A stretch of 64,000 nucleotides of DNA, from contig OZ241992.1 in NCBI GenBank assembly GCA_965204445.1, positions 2,369,773 through 2,433,772 of the forward strand. The letters run 5' to 3'. Below are positions 54,994 through 64,000 of this stretch, piece by piece. The notes below the pieces were generated by a model. That model saw only the letters and a list, made by a program, of their open reading frames with translations, was not told the origin of the DNA and ran no database searches. Source of the stretch: Dehalococcoidia bacterium. Lineage in GTDB: Bacteria; Chloroflexota; Dehalococcoidia; Lucifugimonadales; JADFKI01. The stretch's first letter is position 1, and each line of letters opens with the position of its first letter. The translations under genes were made by a program, and so were the position numbers.

Positions 54994-55860
54994 CTAGTCC
55001 TCTTTCCAAAAGCGCTCTTCGTCAACCGAATAGCCGCGCGGGATCATGCGCGCCTTCACATCCTCGATCATTCCCGGATGGCCGCAGGCGTATATCAGCG
55101 TGTCTTCCCGCTTCAAGCCAAGCCGTTCGACTTGCGCCTCAACGATGGTGTTGACGCGCCCGGCTTCGCCCTGCCATGCGGCGTTGCGCGCATCCTGCGG
55201 GCGGCTGACGGTGGGAATGAATGTCAGCAGATCGGGGCGTTGCGCCGCCAAGCGAATGAACTCGTCGTCGTAGCCGAATTCGTCCATGTAGCTTGCGCCC
55301 TCAAGCACATAGAAGCGATGCCCGTTTTCGCCGCGATGCAGGTAGTCGCGCAGGTAGCTCACATACGGCACAACGCCGGTAACCGTGGCTACCAGCACAT
55401 GGTTCTTGAAATTGGGATTGAATGTGAATATGCCCTTAGCCCTGGGGCGTATCGTTACCCTATCGCCATGCTGCAACGCATACAGCAGCGGGGTGAGATG
55501 CCCGCCCTCTTCGTATGGCACAAGCTCAATGAAAAGCTCCAAGTCTTCTTCGTGCGGAGCGGATGCGATGGAGTAGGCGCGCTCAATGCCGTCGACGCCG
55601 ATGGTGCAATACTGGCCCGGCTTGAAGGCGAAGCCTTCGGGCTTTTGCAGCCACATAAGCCAAAGATCCGATGTAAGTTCCTCGCGCCTCAAAATCGTGG
55701 TTTCGGCTAGTTTCGGAGCGAGCCGCCGCCCCCTCATCGTGGTCAATTGCGTAACACTCTCCATTCGTTCATTTTCATTTCCATCGGCGTTTATATCCGC
55801 TATTAAGGCGCGCTTTCGAAGTAAGCGGTCGGCCATTTCGGTTATGCTCGGGCAATGCAA
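54994..55860 (-). CDS. ferredoxin-NADP(+) reductase-like FAD/NAD(P)-binding oxidoreductase
   Basis: 'PGQYCTIGVDGIERAYSIAS' (RxYS FAD motif) and 'LVATVTGVVPYVS'. The true start is uncertain, as there are several in-frame ATGs. Confidence 0.75.
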   Translation of the reverse strand: MHCPSITEMADRLLRKRALIADINADGNENERMESVTQLTTMRGRRLAPKLAETTILRREELTSDLWLMWLQKPEGFAFKPGQYCTIGVDGIERAYSIASAPHEEDLELFIELVPYEEGGHLTPLLYALQHGDRVTIRPRAKGIFTFNPNFKNHVLVATVTGVVPYVSYLRDYLHRGENGHRFYVLEGASYMDEFGYDDEFIRLAAQRPDLLTFIPTVSRPQDARNAAWQGEAGRVNTIVEAQVERLGLKREDTLIYACGHPGMIEDVKARMIPRGYSVDEERFWKED

Positions 55861-55870
55861 TGCGCGGCGT

Positions 55871-58669
55871 CTAGTCGGCGGCCGCCATTGCCGCCTCGGC
55901 TTTGACGATGCTTGCGGGCAGCAGCGGCAGCGCGGGGACTTTCAGCATCGGATCCGGCGCGCGCGACCGCTCTATGCCGGTTATCATCTGCCCGAACAGC
56001 GTGGTAACCGAAAGCAGTCCCGGCTGCGCGCCGATCAAGGCGGCCGTACCGCGCGCGACGCCGTCTGCGGTGTGAACCTCAACGCTATCGCCCTCTGCGA
56101 TGCCAAGCGCCGCGGCGTCTTGCGGATGAACCTCTATCACATCATCGCGGCTGATGTAGTTGCGCCCCTTATCCTGATGTATCGCAATCGGGCGCTCCGG
56201 CTGATTGAGCACGCGTCCCCTCGCCAGCAGAAACGGACGCTCTTCGTCGGCGTGCGACGGCGGCTCCGCGAACTTAAGCGGCGTCAGCGCCACGCTGCGA
56301 TTGCGAAAGCCCTCTGCGTACAGACGCGGCGTGTCGACCATATCGATCGCCGGGCAGGGCCACAGCAGGCTTTCGGAGCGCAGGCGCTCATAGGTAATCC
56401 CGCCGTAGGGCTGCCATAGGTTGTTGAATTCGTCGAATACGTCCTCAGCGTCGGCGAACTCAAACCCGTCGGCGCCCATTCGGCGGGCGATCTGACAAAG
56501 TATGCGCCAATCGGCGTCGGCATCGTTGCGCGCGCCTATCGCCGGTTTCAGCAGCTGCACGCGGCGTTCTATGTTGGTGTAGCTTCCCGCCTTCTCAGCG
56601 AAGGTCATTGAAGGCAGAACAACATCCGCGATTTCGGTCAGTTCGTTGGGGAAGGTATCTTGTACCAGCAGAAAGTCCAACTTCTTGGCGGCGGCTACAA
56701 AAGCACCCAGTTCGCCGTTGGTGAAGTTCGGGCTGTCCCCGATGATGTGCAGCGCCTTGATTGCGCCGTTGTTGATTGCGTCCGCGTACTCGCGTATGCC
56801 AACGCCCGGCCGCGAGGGTAGTTCGGTGTCCCACGCCTGCTCGAAGCGGCGGCGCGCCGCATCGTCCGCAACATCGCGATAGCCCGGCAGATGGTCGGGC
56901 GCACATCCCACATCCTTGGAACCCTGTTCGTTTGCGCCTAAGAATAGCGGATACAGCCCGGATGAAGGCTTGCCCAAGCTTCCGCTCACCAGCGCGAGGT
57001 TCACCAATGCGCGCACGCAGTCTTCGCGCAGAGCGGGCGCAAGCGTCTCAAGCGCGTATAGGATAGCGCCCGGCTTTGCGGCGGCGAACTCCCTGGCGGC
57101 GGCGCGAATGTCCGCCTGCGGCAAGCCGGTGAGCCGTTCCACTCTCAGCAGGTCAAACGCCCAAAGGCTGTTCTTGAATTCGTCCAAATTGTCGCATTCG
57201 TTGGCGATGAATTCGTGGTCGTCGAGCGATTCTTCCATTATGACGCGCAACATGCCGCCGATGAGCAGCGTTTCGCTGCCGGGGCGCGGGCGCAGCCATA
57301 TCTTGGCGACGCGCGCAAGCTCAGTTTCGCGCTGATCTATCACGATAAGCGCCGCCCCCGCGCTGACCGCTTTCTTGATTGGCACCGCCATCACATTCTG
57401 CTCTTCGGTCATATTGGAGGACACCACCAGAATCGCGCTCGCGCGCTCAAGCTCCCAAATAGTGTTCGTGGCGGCGGGACGTCCCAGCAGTTCGCCCAGC
57501 GGCTTGGTCAGTTCGGGGCGCAGGTTGGACGATATGTCAATCGTATTGCTGCCCATCACGGCGCGCGCGAACTTCTGCGCGATGTAGTTGTCTTCATTCG
57601 TGCCGCGCGGCGAAACCACAAGCGCATAGCCGTCGCCTCTGAAATCATCGAGCCGTTGTGCTACTGTGTCGAGCGCATCCGGCCAAGACGCTTCGATCAG
57701 CGCGCCGTTGCGCCTCACAAGCGGCTTGCCGATGCGCTGCCGCGCGTTGTTCACAAAGTCTAGCCCAAACTTGCCCTTAAAGCACATCTGCCCCTGATTG
57801 GCGGGGGCGTGAATATCGGTTGTGGGACGGATAAGCCGATTGCGCTTGTCCACTTCCATATTCATTTGGCAGCCCACCGGGCAGTGAGGGCAGACGCTCT
57901 TGACGGTGTCGACCGCCTTGTCCCACTTGTACTTGCGCTCCACCAGCGCGCCCGTGGGACACACGTCGATGCAAGCGCCGCAGAACTCGCACCCCGACTC
58001 CAGCAGCGACGTCCCCTGCGATGTGCCAATCAGCACGCGGTCGGAGCGCTGCAGCAGCGTCAGCGCGCTGTCCCCGCGAACTTCGTCGCACACCCGCACG
58101 CAGCGCGCGCAAACGATGCAAAGGTTCATATCCATATCCCAGTACGGATCGCTGACCGCAAGCGGCATATTGCGGTTGTTGTAACTCAGCGGCGATTCCA
58201 TATCCATTTCTAGGAACCGCACGGTGTCTTTGAGTTCGCAGCGCTCGTTCTTGGGGCAGGTTACGCACCTATCGTTGACCGATACATGACGCAGGCAGAT
58301 GTCTGAGGGTCCGCAAAGTTCGATGCGGTGGCAGGTGAGGCAGCCGTGCGGATGCTCCGATATGAGAAGATCCATAATCCCGCGACGAAGCTCTACGATG
58401 TCGTCGGAGTTGGTGGTAACGCGCATGCCTTCCATAACGGGCGTGGTGCAGGAAGCCGGACTGCCCGGCAGCGGGCGATATTCGCCGTCGCGTCCGGGCG
58501 CTTCCGCCTTCACCACGCACATGCGGCAGGCGCCGAAAGGCTTCATCCCCGGATAGTAGCACAGATACGGAATGTACATCCCGGCGTCCATCGCCGCCTG
58601 GATTACCATCTTGCCCGGATCCGTCTTTACCTCAACGCCGTCTATCATCAGGCTGATCTGGTCTGCCAT
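55871..58669 (-). CDS. molybdopterin formate dehydrogenase alpha subunit with NuoG-like Fe-S N-terminus
   Basis: 2Fe-2S 'CYYPGMKPFGACRMC'. 4Fe-4S 'CIVCARCVRVC' and 'CEFCGACIDVCPTGA'. 'CPHCPVGC' and MopB and MopB_CT regions. No in-frame TGA. The ATG at 58669 lies 6 nt after GGAG. Confidence 0.85.
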   Translation of the reverse strand: MADQISLMIDGVEVKTDPGKMVIQAAMDAGMYIPYLCYYPGMKPFGACRMCVVKAEAPGRDGEYRPLPGSPASCTTPVMEGMRVTTNSDDIVELRRGIMDLLISEHPHGCLTCHRIELCGPSDICLRHVSVNDRCVTCPKNERCELKDTVRFLEMDMESPLSYNNRNMPLAVSDPYWDMDMNLCIVCARCVRVCDEVRGDSALTLLQRSDRVLIGTSQGTSLLESGCEFCGACIDVCPTGALVERKYKWDKAVDTVKSVCPHCPVGCQMNMEVDKRNRLIRPTTDIHAPANQGQMCFKGKFGLDFVNNARQRIGKPLVRRNGALIEASWPDALDTVAQRLDDFRGDGYALVVSPRGTNEDNYIAQKFARAVMGSNTIDISSNLRPELTKPLGELLGRPAATNTIWELERASAILVVSSNMTEEQNVMAVPIKKAVSAGAALIVIDQRETELARVAKIWLRPRPGSETLLIGGMLRVIMEESLDDHEFIANECDNLDEFKNSLWAFDLLRVERLTGLPQADIRAAAREFAAAKPGAILYALETLAPALREDCVRALVNLALVSGSLGKPSSGLYPLFLGANEQGSKDVGCAPDHLPGYRDVADDAARRRFEQAWDTELPSRPGVGIREYADAINNGAIKALHIIGDSPNFTNGELGAFVAAAKKLDFLLVQDTFPNELTEIADVVLPSMTFAEKAGSYTNIERRVQLLKPAIGARNDADADWRILCQIARRMGADGFEFADAEDVFDEFNNLWQPYGGITYERLRSESLLWPCPAIDMVDTPRLYAEGFRNRSVALTPLKFAEPPSHADEERPFLLARGRVLNQPERPIAIHQDKGRNYISRDDVIEVHPQDAAALGIAEGDSVEVHTADGVARGTAALIGAQPGLLSVTTLFGQMITGIERSRAPDPMLKVPALPLLPASIVKAEAAMAAAD

Positions 58670-58730
58670 ACTCATCTCCGTTTAGCGGGGATGCCCGTCG
58701 GCGCATATGCGCATCACAGGCTTTGGCGGC

Positions 58731-60491
58731 TTATGCGCTTTCTACAATCGGCTGCGGCATCGGGGCGCTGACAGCGTCCATAGCGTAGGGGCGGGTGTTC
58801 TTGGGATAGACCGCGGGGCGAAGGCAGCTCCCCGTGGGGCAGCGCTTCTGCTGAATATGCGCCATAAAGTCCGCCTCAAAATGCTGCAATGCTGAGCGTA
58901 TAGGCCCAAAGCCTAGCTGCCCATGCCCGCACAGCGAGCTCGACTCCATCGTCCTGCCTATGTTTCGCATAAGGTCAAGATCCGACGGGCGGCTCTCGAA
59001 GCGCGCCACGCGGTTGACCACCTCTAGAAGCTGCTCCATGCCCAGGCGGCAGGGGAAGCACTTGCCGCACGATTCGTACTGCGTGAACGCCACAAGATTG
59101 CGCGTAATGTCCACGGCGCAGGTGTCTTCGTCTATGACGATGACGCCGCCGGAGCCAAATATGGCGCCCGCCTCGCGCATCTCATCGAAGTCGATGTGAA
59201 CGCCTAGGCTGTCAGCGCCCAGCACGCCGCCGAGCGGCCCGCCCGTCTGCAACATCTTCAGGCGCTTGCCGTCCGGAACGCCGCCGCCGATGTCGTTGAT
59301 GACCTGCCCAAGCGTCAGCCCCATCGGCACTTCGTACAAGCCCGGATACTTCACTTTGCCGTTGAGGCACACTATCGCGGTGCCGGCGCTTCGGCTGACG
59401 CCTATGGACGAAAACCATTCGGCGCCCTTGGCTATGATTTCGGGCGCATACGATAGGCTTTTCACATTGTTGATTGTGCTGGGCATTCCCCATACGCCAA
59501 ACGCCGCTGGGAACGGCGGCCGATAGCGCGGCTGCGAGCGATGCCCTTCGATCGCCTCCATCAGCGCCGTCTCTTCGCCCGCCACATACGATTCGCCCGT
59601 CAGCGCCACCTCTATATCGAAGTTGAATGTGGAGTTCAGGATGTTCTGCCCAAGCAGTCCGTACTCATACGCCTGCTCTATGGCGCGCTCCGTGCGGCTT
59701 ATCGGCCCCTCATGCCCGTGCCTAATGAACACGAAGCCGTTTGTGGCGCCGGTGGCATAGCCCGCGATGCACATACCCTCAAGCAGCGTGTACGGATCGC
59801 TTTCCAGAATGCCCTTATCGTTGTAAGCGCCCGGATCGCCCTCTTCGCAGTTGCACAGGATATACTTGGGCGGATCGGAGCGCACCATAAAGCTCCACTT
59901 CACGCCGGTGGGAAACGCCGCGCCGCCCCTGCCGCGCAGCCCTGAGTCGGTAACCTCTTTGATTACCTCTTCCGGCTGCATCTCAAACAGCGCCCTATGC
60001 AGCCCAGCATAGCCGCCGTTGGCGATGTACTGCATAATGTCCGAGGGCGCGGCAACGCCGGCGTTTCGCAATGCAATCCGCTGCTGCATCTTGATGCCCG
60101 GCAGTTCCGCGAGGTTCGGCGCGCCGTCTATCGGCGTATCGCCCAGATACCCCAGCAACTTGGCGCTCGGCAGCCTATCGTCCACCAACACATCCCGGAC
60201 AATGCCAGGCACGTCGTCCGGCGCGACATTGCCGAAGAACAGGCGCGAACCGCCCGGCTTCTGTATATCCACCAGCGGTTCGGCGTAGCAGAGGCCCAGA
60301 CAGCCCACTTCGTCGATGTTGGCGTCGACGCCCTGCCTATCCAGCTCTGCAATAAGCGCGTCGCGGACTTCGAATGCGCCCGCGGCGTGGCCGCACATCG
60401 CCGTGCCGATACGCGCCCACGGCTTGTTGCCCGCCGTCAGCTCCCGCCAGCGGCTGTCCGCCTGCGCCTTCAATTCCTCATATTGAGGCAT
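58731..60491 (-). CDS. NuoF/FdsB-like NAD(H)- and FMN-binding Fe-S subunit
   Basis: 'GLRGRGGAAFPTG', 'GEETALMEAIEG' and 'ESCGKCFPCR'. It has an N-terminal thioredoxin-like extension. Confidence 0.9.
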   Translation of the reverse strand: MPQYEELKAQADSRWRELTAGNKPWARIGTAMCGHAAGAFEVRDALIAELDRQGVDANIDEVGCLGLCYAEPLVDIQKPGGSRLFFGNVAPDDVPGIVRDVLVDDRLPSAKLLGYLGDTPIDGAPNLAELPGIKMQQRIALRNAGVAAPSDIMQYIANGGYAGLHRALFEMQPEEVIKEVTDSGLRGRGGAAFPTGVKWSFMVRSDPPKYILCNCEEGDPGAYNDKGILESDPYTLLEGMCIAGYATGATNGFVFIRHGHEGPISRTERAIEQAYEYGLLGQNILNSTFNFDIEVALTGESYVAGEETALMEAIEGHRSQPRYRPPFPAAFGVWGMPSTINNVKSLSYAPEIIAKGAEWFSSIGVSRSAGTAIVCLNGKVKYPGLYEVPMGLTLGQVINDIGGGVPDGKRLKMLQTGGPLGGVLGADSLGVHIDFDEMREAGAIFGSGGVIVIDEDTCAVDITRNLVAFTQYESCGKCFPCRLGMEQLLEVVNRVARFESRPSDLDLMRNIGRTMESSSLCGHGQLGFGPIRSALQHFEADFMAHIQQKRCPTGSCLRPAVYPKNTRPYAMDAVSAPMPQPIVESA

Positions 60492-60573
60492 AGCCTATCC
60501 TATGTATTCGTTACGCCTATACCCGCCGAAACACCGCCCTGTTCAATCAGAGCGCGGCAGGCGCAGGGAAAAC

Positions 60574-61071
60574 CTAATGACCGCCGCCGTTTCGCGCAAC
60601 ATCTCGAATCTCAGTAACGCGACGCAATGCTGATTCGACGTTGATGCGCCCGGCGAGCCGATGATTCACCATCATCACCGGCGCCTGAGAGCACGCCCCC
60701 AAGCAGGTGTTGTACTTAAGGCTAACGCCGTTGTCCGCCGTTTCGCCTTCATCCGCAAGCCCAAGCTCCGCCATCACCGCGCTCAAGATTTCGGGCGCGC
60801 CAAGCAGGTGGCAGGTAGGCCCCCAGCATATCTCGACCACATTATCGCCCGGCGGCGTGAACCTAAAGTTGGTGTAGAACGACGCCACGCCCCAAACTTC
60901 GTTTATCGTGGTCTGCGTGTAATCGGCTACCTCTTCTATCGCCATATCCGGAATGTAGCCCAAATCGTCAAGCACCGCATGCAGCGAAGACAGCACATTG
61001 ACGTTCGTCTTCGTCTGCGATGCTATCGCAAGTTTCACGCGCTCCCTAAGGGCATCGTTCTGCGCACTCAA
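60574..61071 (-). CDS. NuoE/FdsG-like 2Fe-2S subunit
   Basis: 165 aa with 'CWGPTCHLLGA' and 'CLGACSQAP'. Confidence 0.9.
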   Translation of the reverse strand: MSAQNDALRERVKLAIASQTKTNVNVLSSLHAVLDDLGYIPDMAIEEVADYTQTTINEVWGVASFYTNFRFTPPGDNVVEICWGPTCHLLGAPEILSAVMAELGLADEGETADNGVSLKYNTCLGACSQAPVMMVNHRLAGRINVESALRRVTEIRDVARNGGGH

Positions 61072-61391
61072 CGGGCAAGCTCCTTACGCCTGGCTTGACT
61101 ATCCCACGCCCGATATTCACCGCCTAATAGGATACTTGCCAAGCCCCGCAAACGCAACCTTCTAGCGGCTCGGCATTCTCGCTTTTCAGTGGCGCAGGGT
61201 ACAATGGCGTCCAAATCGCTGTTACGACGGAAAAATCGCTTATGAATATGAAAACGAAAACCGATAGTCCCAAGTATATCCCCCAAACAATATGCTAAAC
61301 TCTCTCAGGTATGCTATCTTTTATGTTAGCCGGCGCCGCGCTGCGGCAACAACTACAAAAACCGCTTTTGTTTTGCACATGGAGGTAACCA

Positions 61392-61652
61392 GTGGCAAGC
61401 CTTATGGAACGCGTTCAAGAGATTGTCGCCGACAAACTCAGCGTGGATGAATCCGAAGTGGTCGCGGATGCGTCCTTTATGGAAGACCTCAACGCCGATT
61501 CGCTCGACCTCGTCGAGCTCATAATGGCGTTTGAGGAAGAGTTCAGCTCCGACGACAACACCATCGAAATCTCCGACGAAGACGCCGAGGGCATCACCAC
61601 CGTCCAGCAGGCGATAGACTACCTCAAAGAAAAGGGCGTCGCCGACGACTAG
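61392..61652 (+). CDS. acpP: acyl carrier protein
   Basis: '[20 protein letters not shown]' phosphopantetheine site. GTG start 6 nt after GGAGG; the alternative is ATG 61404. Confidence 0.9.
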   Translation: MASLMERVQEIVADKLSVDESEVVADASFMEDLNADSLDLVELIMAFEEEFSSDDNTIEISDEDAEGITTVQQAIDYLKEKGVADD

Positions 61653-61689
61653 CCGCCCGCCCGTTCCCCAAACTGCCCCGCCCGCGATA

Positions 61690-61716
61690 GGGGCGAGCCC
61701 GCGATAGGCTCGCCCC
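61690..61716 (+). terminator. hairpin downstream of acpP
   Basis: Perfect 10-bp stem GGGGCGAGCC / GGCTCGCCCC with a 7-nt loop. The U-tail is weak (CAATTTGCGTT). Confidence 0.5.
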
Positions 61717-61760
61717 CAATTTGCGTTGTCCCCTCAAACCGCGATACTACGCTAACAATC

Positions 61761-61856
61761 ACCTTTGCGCTATTGCGCCTTTACGTTAAACATCCCCATA
61801 AGCAATCGATACTAGCGCCAAAACCACTTTGCGCTTTCTGCGCCTTTGCATTAAAA
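61761..61856 (+). repeat. two copies (f1, f2) of the TTGCGCC-triplet repeat
   Basis: f1 (61761-61790) reads ACCTTTGCGCTATTGCGCCTTTACGTTAAA. f2 (61825-61856) reads CACTTTGCGCTTTCTGCGCCTTTGCATTAAAA. Confidence 0.8.
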
Positions 61857-61934
61857 TATCCCCTAACCTAAAAAAAGCCTATAGAGGACGGACGCCGCAT
61901 ATGAAGCCCACGCGAACAGCCGGCATATTTTCTA

Positions 61935-61951
61935 CCCCCCCCCCCCCCCCC
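61935..61951 (+). repeat. 17-nt poly-C tract upstream of the GLUG-repeat gene
   Basis: C17 lies about 205 nt upstream of ATG 62156, inside a short ORF 'MKPTRTAGIFSTPPPPPAIP...' that starts at 61901. Confidence 0.95.
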
Positions 61952-62155
61952 GCAATACCACTGCATTGCAAAGACGCGCGCGCCAAAACTGCTGTCGAGT
62001 TTCATCTTGGAATCGCGCGCAACGAATACGCGCGCGCGCCCAAACCGATATTCTTATTATGCGCTTGATCGCGTAACCCGCGAACTATACCCTGATACAG
62101 GGTTTTCGTAGCAAGATCCGAACTCATAGTAGCCGTAAGGTGAGAGTAACCGAAT

Positions 62156-63712
62156 ATGAAAACTGCCACATCCGCCAGCCGCCGCATCCCCGCGCTAATC
62201 GCCCTAGGCATCCTGCTGTCCCTGGCGGCAGCGCTGTCCCTCATCGGCGCAGTGCCAGCCGCAGCGCCCGCAGCCGTATCCGCCGCCGTTCCGGCGCAAG
62301 CCACGGTGGACTACGATTCGGATAACGACAACCTAATCGAGATCTCGGGCCACGCCCAACTCCACGCCGTCAACTACGACCTTGACGGCAACGGCTCCCC
62401 CGTCGCCGGCGCCGGCGCAACCGCGTACAACACCGCCTTCCCCAACGCCGCATCCAATATGGGTTGCGCCTCAACCTGCATTGGCTACGAACTCACCGCC
62501 GACATCGACCTGGACACCGACGGCGACGGCAACATCGGCTCCGACACCGACGACGCCTACAACAACGCCGGCGCAGGCTGGGATCCCATCGGCGACTTCA
62601 ACAACAGATATACGGGCGTTTTCCACGGCAACGGCTTCACCATCACCAACCTGTACATCAATCGCGCCACCGTCTCCTACCAGGGGCTGTTCTCATTGAT
62701 AGGCATAGGCGCGCGCGTAGAAGCGCTGAACATAACCGCCGCCAACATCACCGGCAACAACTATGTCGGCGTTCTGGCAAGCTACAACATAGGCGAAGTC
62801 ATCGCCGTCTATACCGCAGGCAGCGTAACCGCCAGCTCGGGATCATACGCCGGCGGAATAGTCGCCAACCAAACCGCCTCCGGATCTATCCATTCAAGCC
62901 ACTCCAGCGCATCCGTTACCGGACAGGCGAACGTGGGCGGACTGGTAGGCTACGCATCCGCCGGAACAAGCGCTGACATAATAAACTCCTACTCCACCGG
63001 CGTGGTTAGCCGCTCCAGCGGCACGGCTACCACCATCGGCGGGCTAATCGGAGCGGTGGCGACCGGCTTCGCCGCATCCGCAAGCTACTACGACTCCACA
63101 ACCAGCGGCTGCGTATCCGGCGGAACCGCTGGCTGCACAACCAGCGCCGGCGGCATGGGCGTCAGCGCCCGAACCACCAGCGCGCTCCAAACTCCCGTCG
63201 GCTACACCGGCATATACGCCGCCTGGAACGCCAACCTTGACGGCGTAACCGGCGCCGACGACCCGTGGTACTTCGGCACAACATCGCAGTATCCCGTCCT
63301 GAAATACGGCAAGACCGACTACGACATCGACAACGACCGCTATATCGAAGTATCCAACCTCGCCCAACTCGACGCCATCCGCCACGACCGAACCGGCGAC
63401 GGCAATCCCGCAAGCGGCGGCGCGGCCGCCTACAACGCCGCCTTCCCCCTGCGCTTCGCCGGCGCGGGCGGACGCATGGGCTGCCCCAACAGCGGCTGCG
63501 CAGGCTACGAACTCACCCAAAGCCTCGACTTCGACGAAAACGGCGACGGGCAAATCACCGCAACCGGCGACCCAACCTATTGGAACAGCAACGCAGGCTG
63601 GCTGCCCCTCGGCGCATACACAAGCAACTTCAAGGGCAACGGCCATACCATCAACCTGCTGACTATCGCGCGCACCGGCACGAACGACGTTCGGGCTGTT
63701 CAGCTCTTTTAG
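62156..63712 (+). CDS. secreted GLUG-motif repeat surface protein, 5' part (frame broken near 63692)
   Basis: Signal peptide 'RRIPALIALGILLSLAAALSLIGAVPAAA'. A module of about 330 aa occurs once and restarts: 'DYD.DND..IE.S..AQL.A...D..G.G', 'F.GNG.TI.NL', 'GLFS' and GLUG-like 'NVGGLVGYAS'. Confidence 0.7.
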   Translation: MKTATSASRRIPALIALGILLSLAAALSLIGAVPAAAPAAVSAAVPAQATVDYDSDNDNLIEISGHAQLHAVNYDLDGNGSPVAGAGATAYNTAFPNAASNMGCASTCIGYELTADIDLDTDGDGNIGSDTDDAYNNAGAGWDPIGDFNNRYTGVFHGNGFTITNLYINRATVSYQGLFSLIGIGARVEALNITAANITGNNYVGVLASYNIGEVIAVYTAGSVTASSGSYAGGIVANQTASGSIHSSHSSASVTGQANVGGLVGYASAGTSADIINSYSTGVVSRSSGTATTIGGLIGAVATGFAASASYYDSTTSGCVSGGTAGCTTSAGGMGVSARTTSALQTPVGYTGIYAAWNANLDGVTGADDPWYFGTTSQYPVLKYGKTDYDIDNDRYIEVSNLAQLDAIRHDRTGDGNPASGGAAAYNAAFPLRFAGAGGRMGCPNSGCAGYELTQSLDFDENGDGQITATGDPTYWNSNAGWLPLGAYTSNFKGNGHTINLLTIARTGTNDVRAVQLF

Positions 63713-64000
63713 CAGCAACTCCCGCATAGAAACCGTGGGCATAACCAACGCCACCGTCACCGGATCCATCTACACCGGCATCCTAGCCGGCACCAACGGC
63801 GGCTCCGTCATCGCCTCATACACCACCGGATCGGTTAGCGGCACAACCAGGGTCGGCGGCATAATCGGCTACCAAGGCCTGAACGCAGCGTCCATCCATT
63901 CCAGCTACAGTACCGCATCCGTCAGCGGCACTCAGTATGTCGGCGGCGTGCTGGGGCAAAAGTTCGGCAGTGTAACCAACTCATACGCCACCGGCCTGGT
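63693..64000 (+). CDS. continuation of the GLUG-repeat protein in the +1 frame (partial, runs off the window)
   Basis: 'GLFSSFSSNSRIETVGITNATVTGSIYTGILAGTNGGSVIASYTTGSVSGTTRVGGIIGYQ...' aligns with 'GLFSLIGIGARVEALNITAANITGNNYVGVLASYNIGEVIAVYTAGSV' of module 1. Confidence 0.65.

Noticed and set aside
55871-58675. Possible selenocysteine (in-frame TGA) in the formate dehydrogenase alpha subunit
   Set aside because: The ORF is continuous without any internal TGA. No SECIS-like hairpin needs to be invoked.
61829-62068. 79-aa ORF spanning the C17 tract as a genuine protein gene or an N-terminal extension of the 62156 gene
   Set aside because: It is in the same frame as the 62156 gene but is separated from it by several stop codons from 62066 onward. 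Its sequence is low-complexity. It is kept only as context for the homopolymer finding.

Overview
This is a high-GC, gene-dense bacterial chromosomal segment with most genes on the minus strand. I saw no rRNA, tRNA or CRISPR array. The housekeeping backbone contains the following genes and clusters. (1) dgt, two small ORFs, dnaG and rpoD. (2) A 2-oxoacid dehydrogenase cluster (E1alpha/E1beta/E2) plus lipB. (3) rph, lysC, thrB, mutS and acpP. (4) An NAD-linked formate-dehydrogenase-like cluster (NuoE-like, NuoF-like and molybdopterin alpha subunit) followed by an FNR-like gene and an enolase-superfamily gene. (5) Two luciferase-like (LLM) oxidoreductases, an SDR, a GNAT, CapA and an amidohydrolase. 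The accessory and unusual content is as follows. (a) An insertion-sequence hotspot at about 15.1-18.9 kb. It holds a 2.47-kb IS6-family-like unit with 24-bp inverted repeats and a perfect 8-bp target duplication. The unit carries a decayed DNA-methyltransferase-HNH fusion as cargo and abuts an IS1-family element and an IS5-family remnant. (b) An intact paralogue of that methyltransferase-HNH fusion sits between the DUF1800 and DUF1501 genes of a DUF1800-DUF1501-NHL module. The same module occurs a second time, uninterrupted, about 30 kb away. (c) Three long poly-C/G tracts (10, 16 and 17 nt) lie at or near surface or membrane protein genes. One sits between the start codon and the signal peptide of an RCC1-repeat exoprotein. 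(d) A dispersed, strictly intergenic repeat family is built from three or four TTGCGCC-like units at 8-bp phasing. (e) Further items include a membrane-anchored coiled-coil protein with perfect 33-bp and 54-bp tandem repeats, tandemly duplicated retropepsin-like genes, and a PIN toxin with an atypically long antitoxin between E2 and lipB. There are also two Uma2 genes and a frameshifted GLUG-repeat surface protein running off the window end. The gene content resembles marine Chloroflexota (SAR202-like), but that is only an impression. All functional calls rest on motifs read by eye from the translations; no database search was run.
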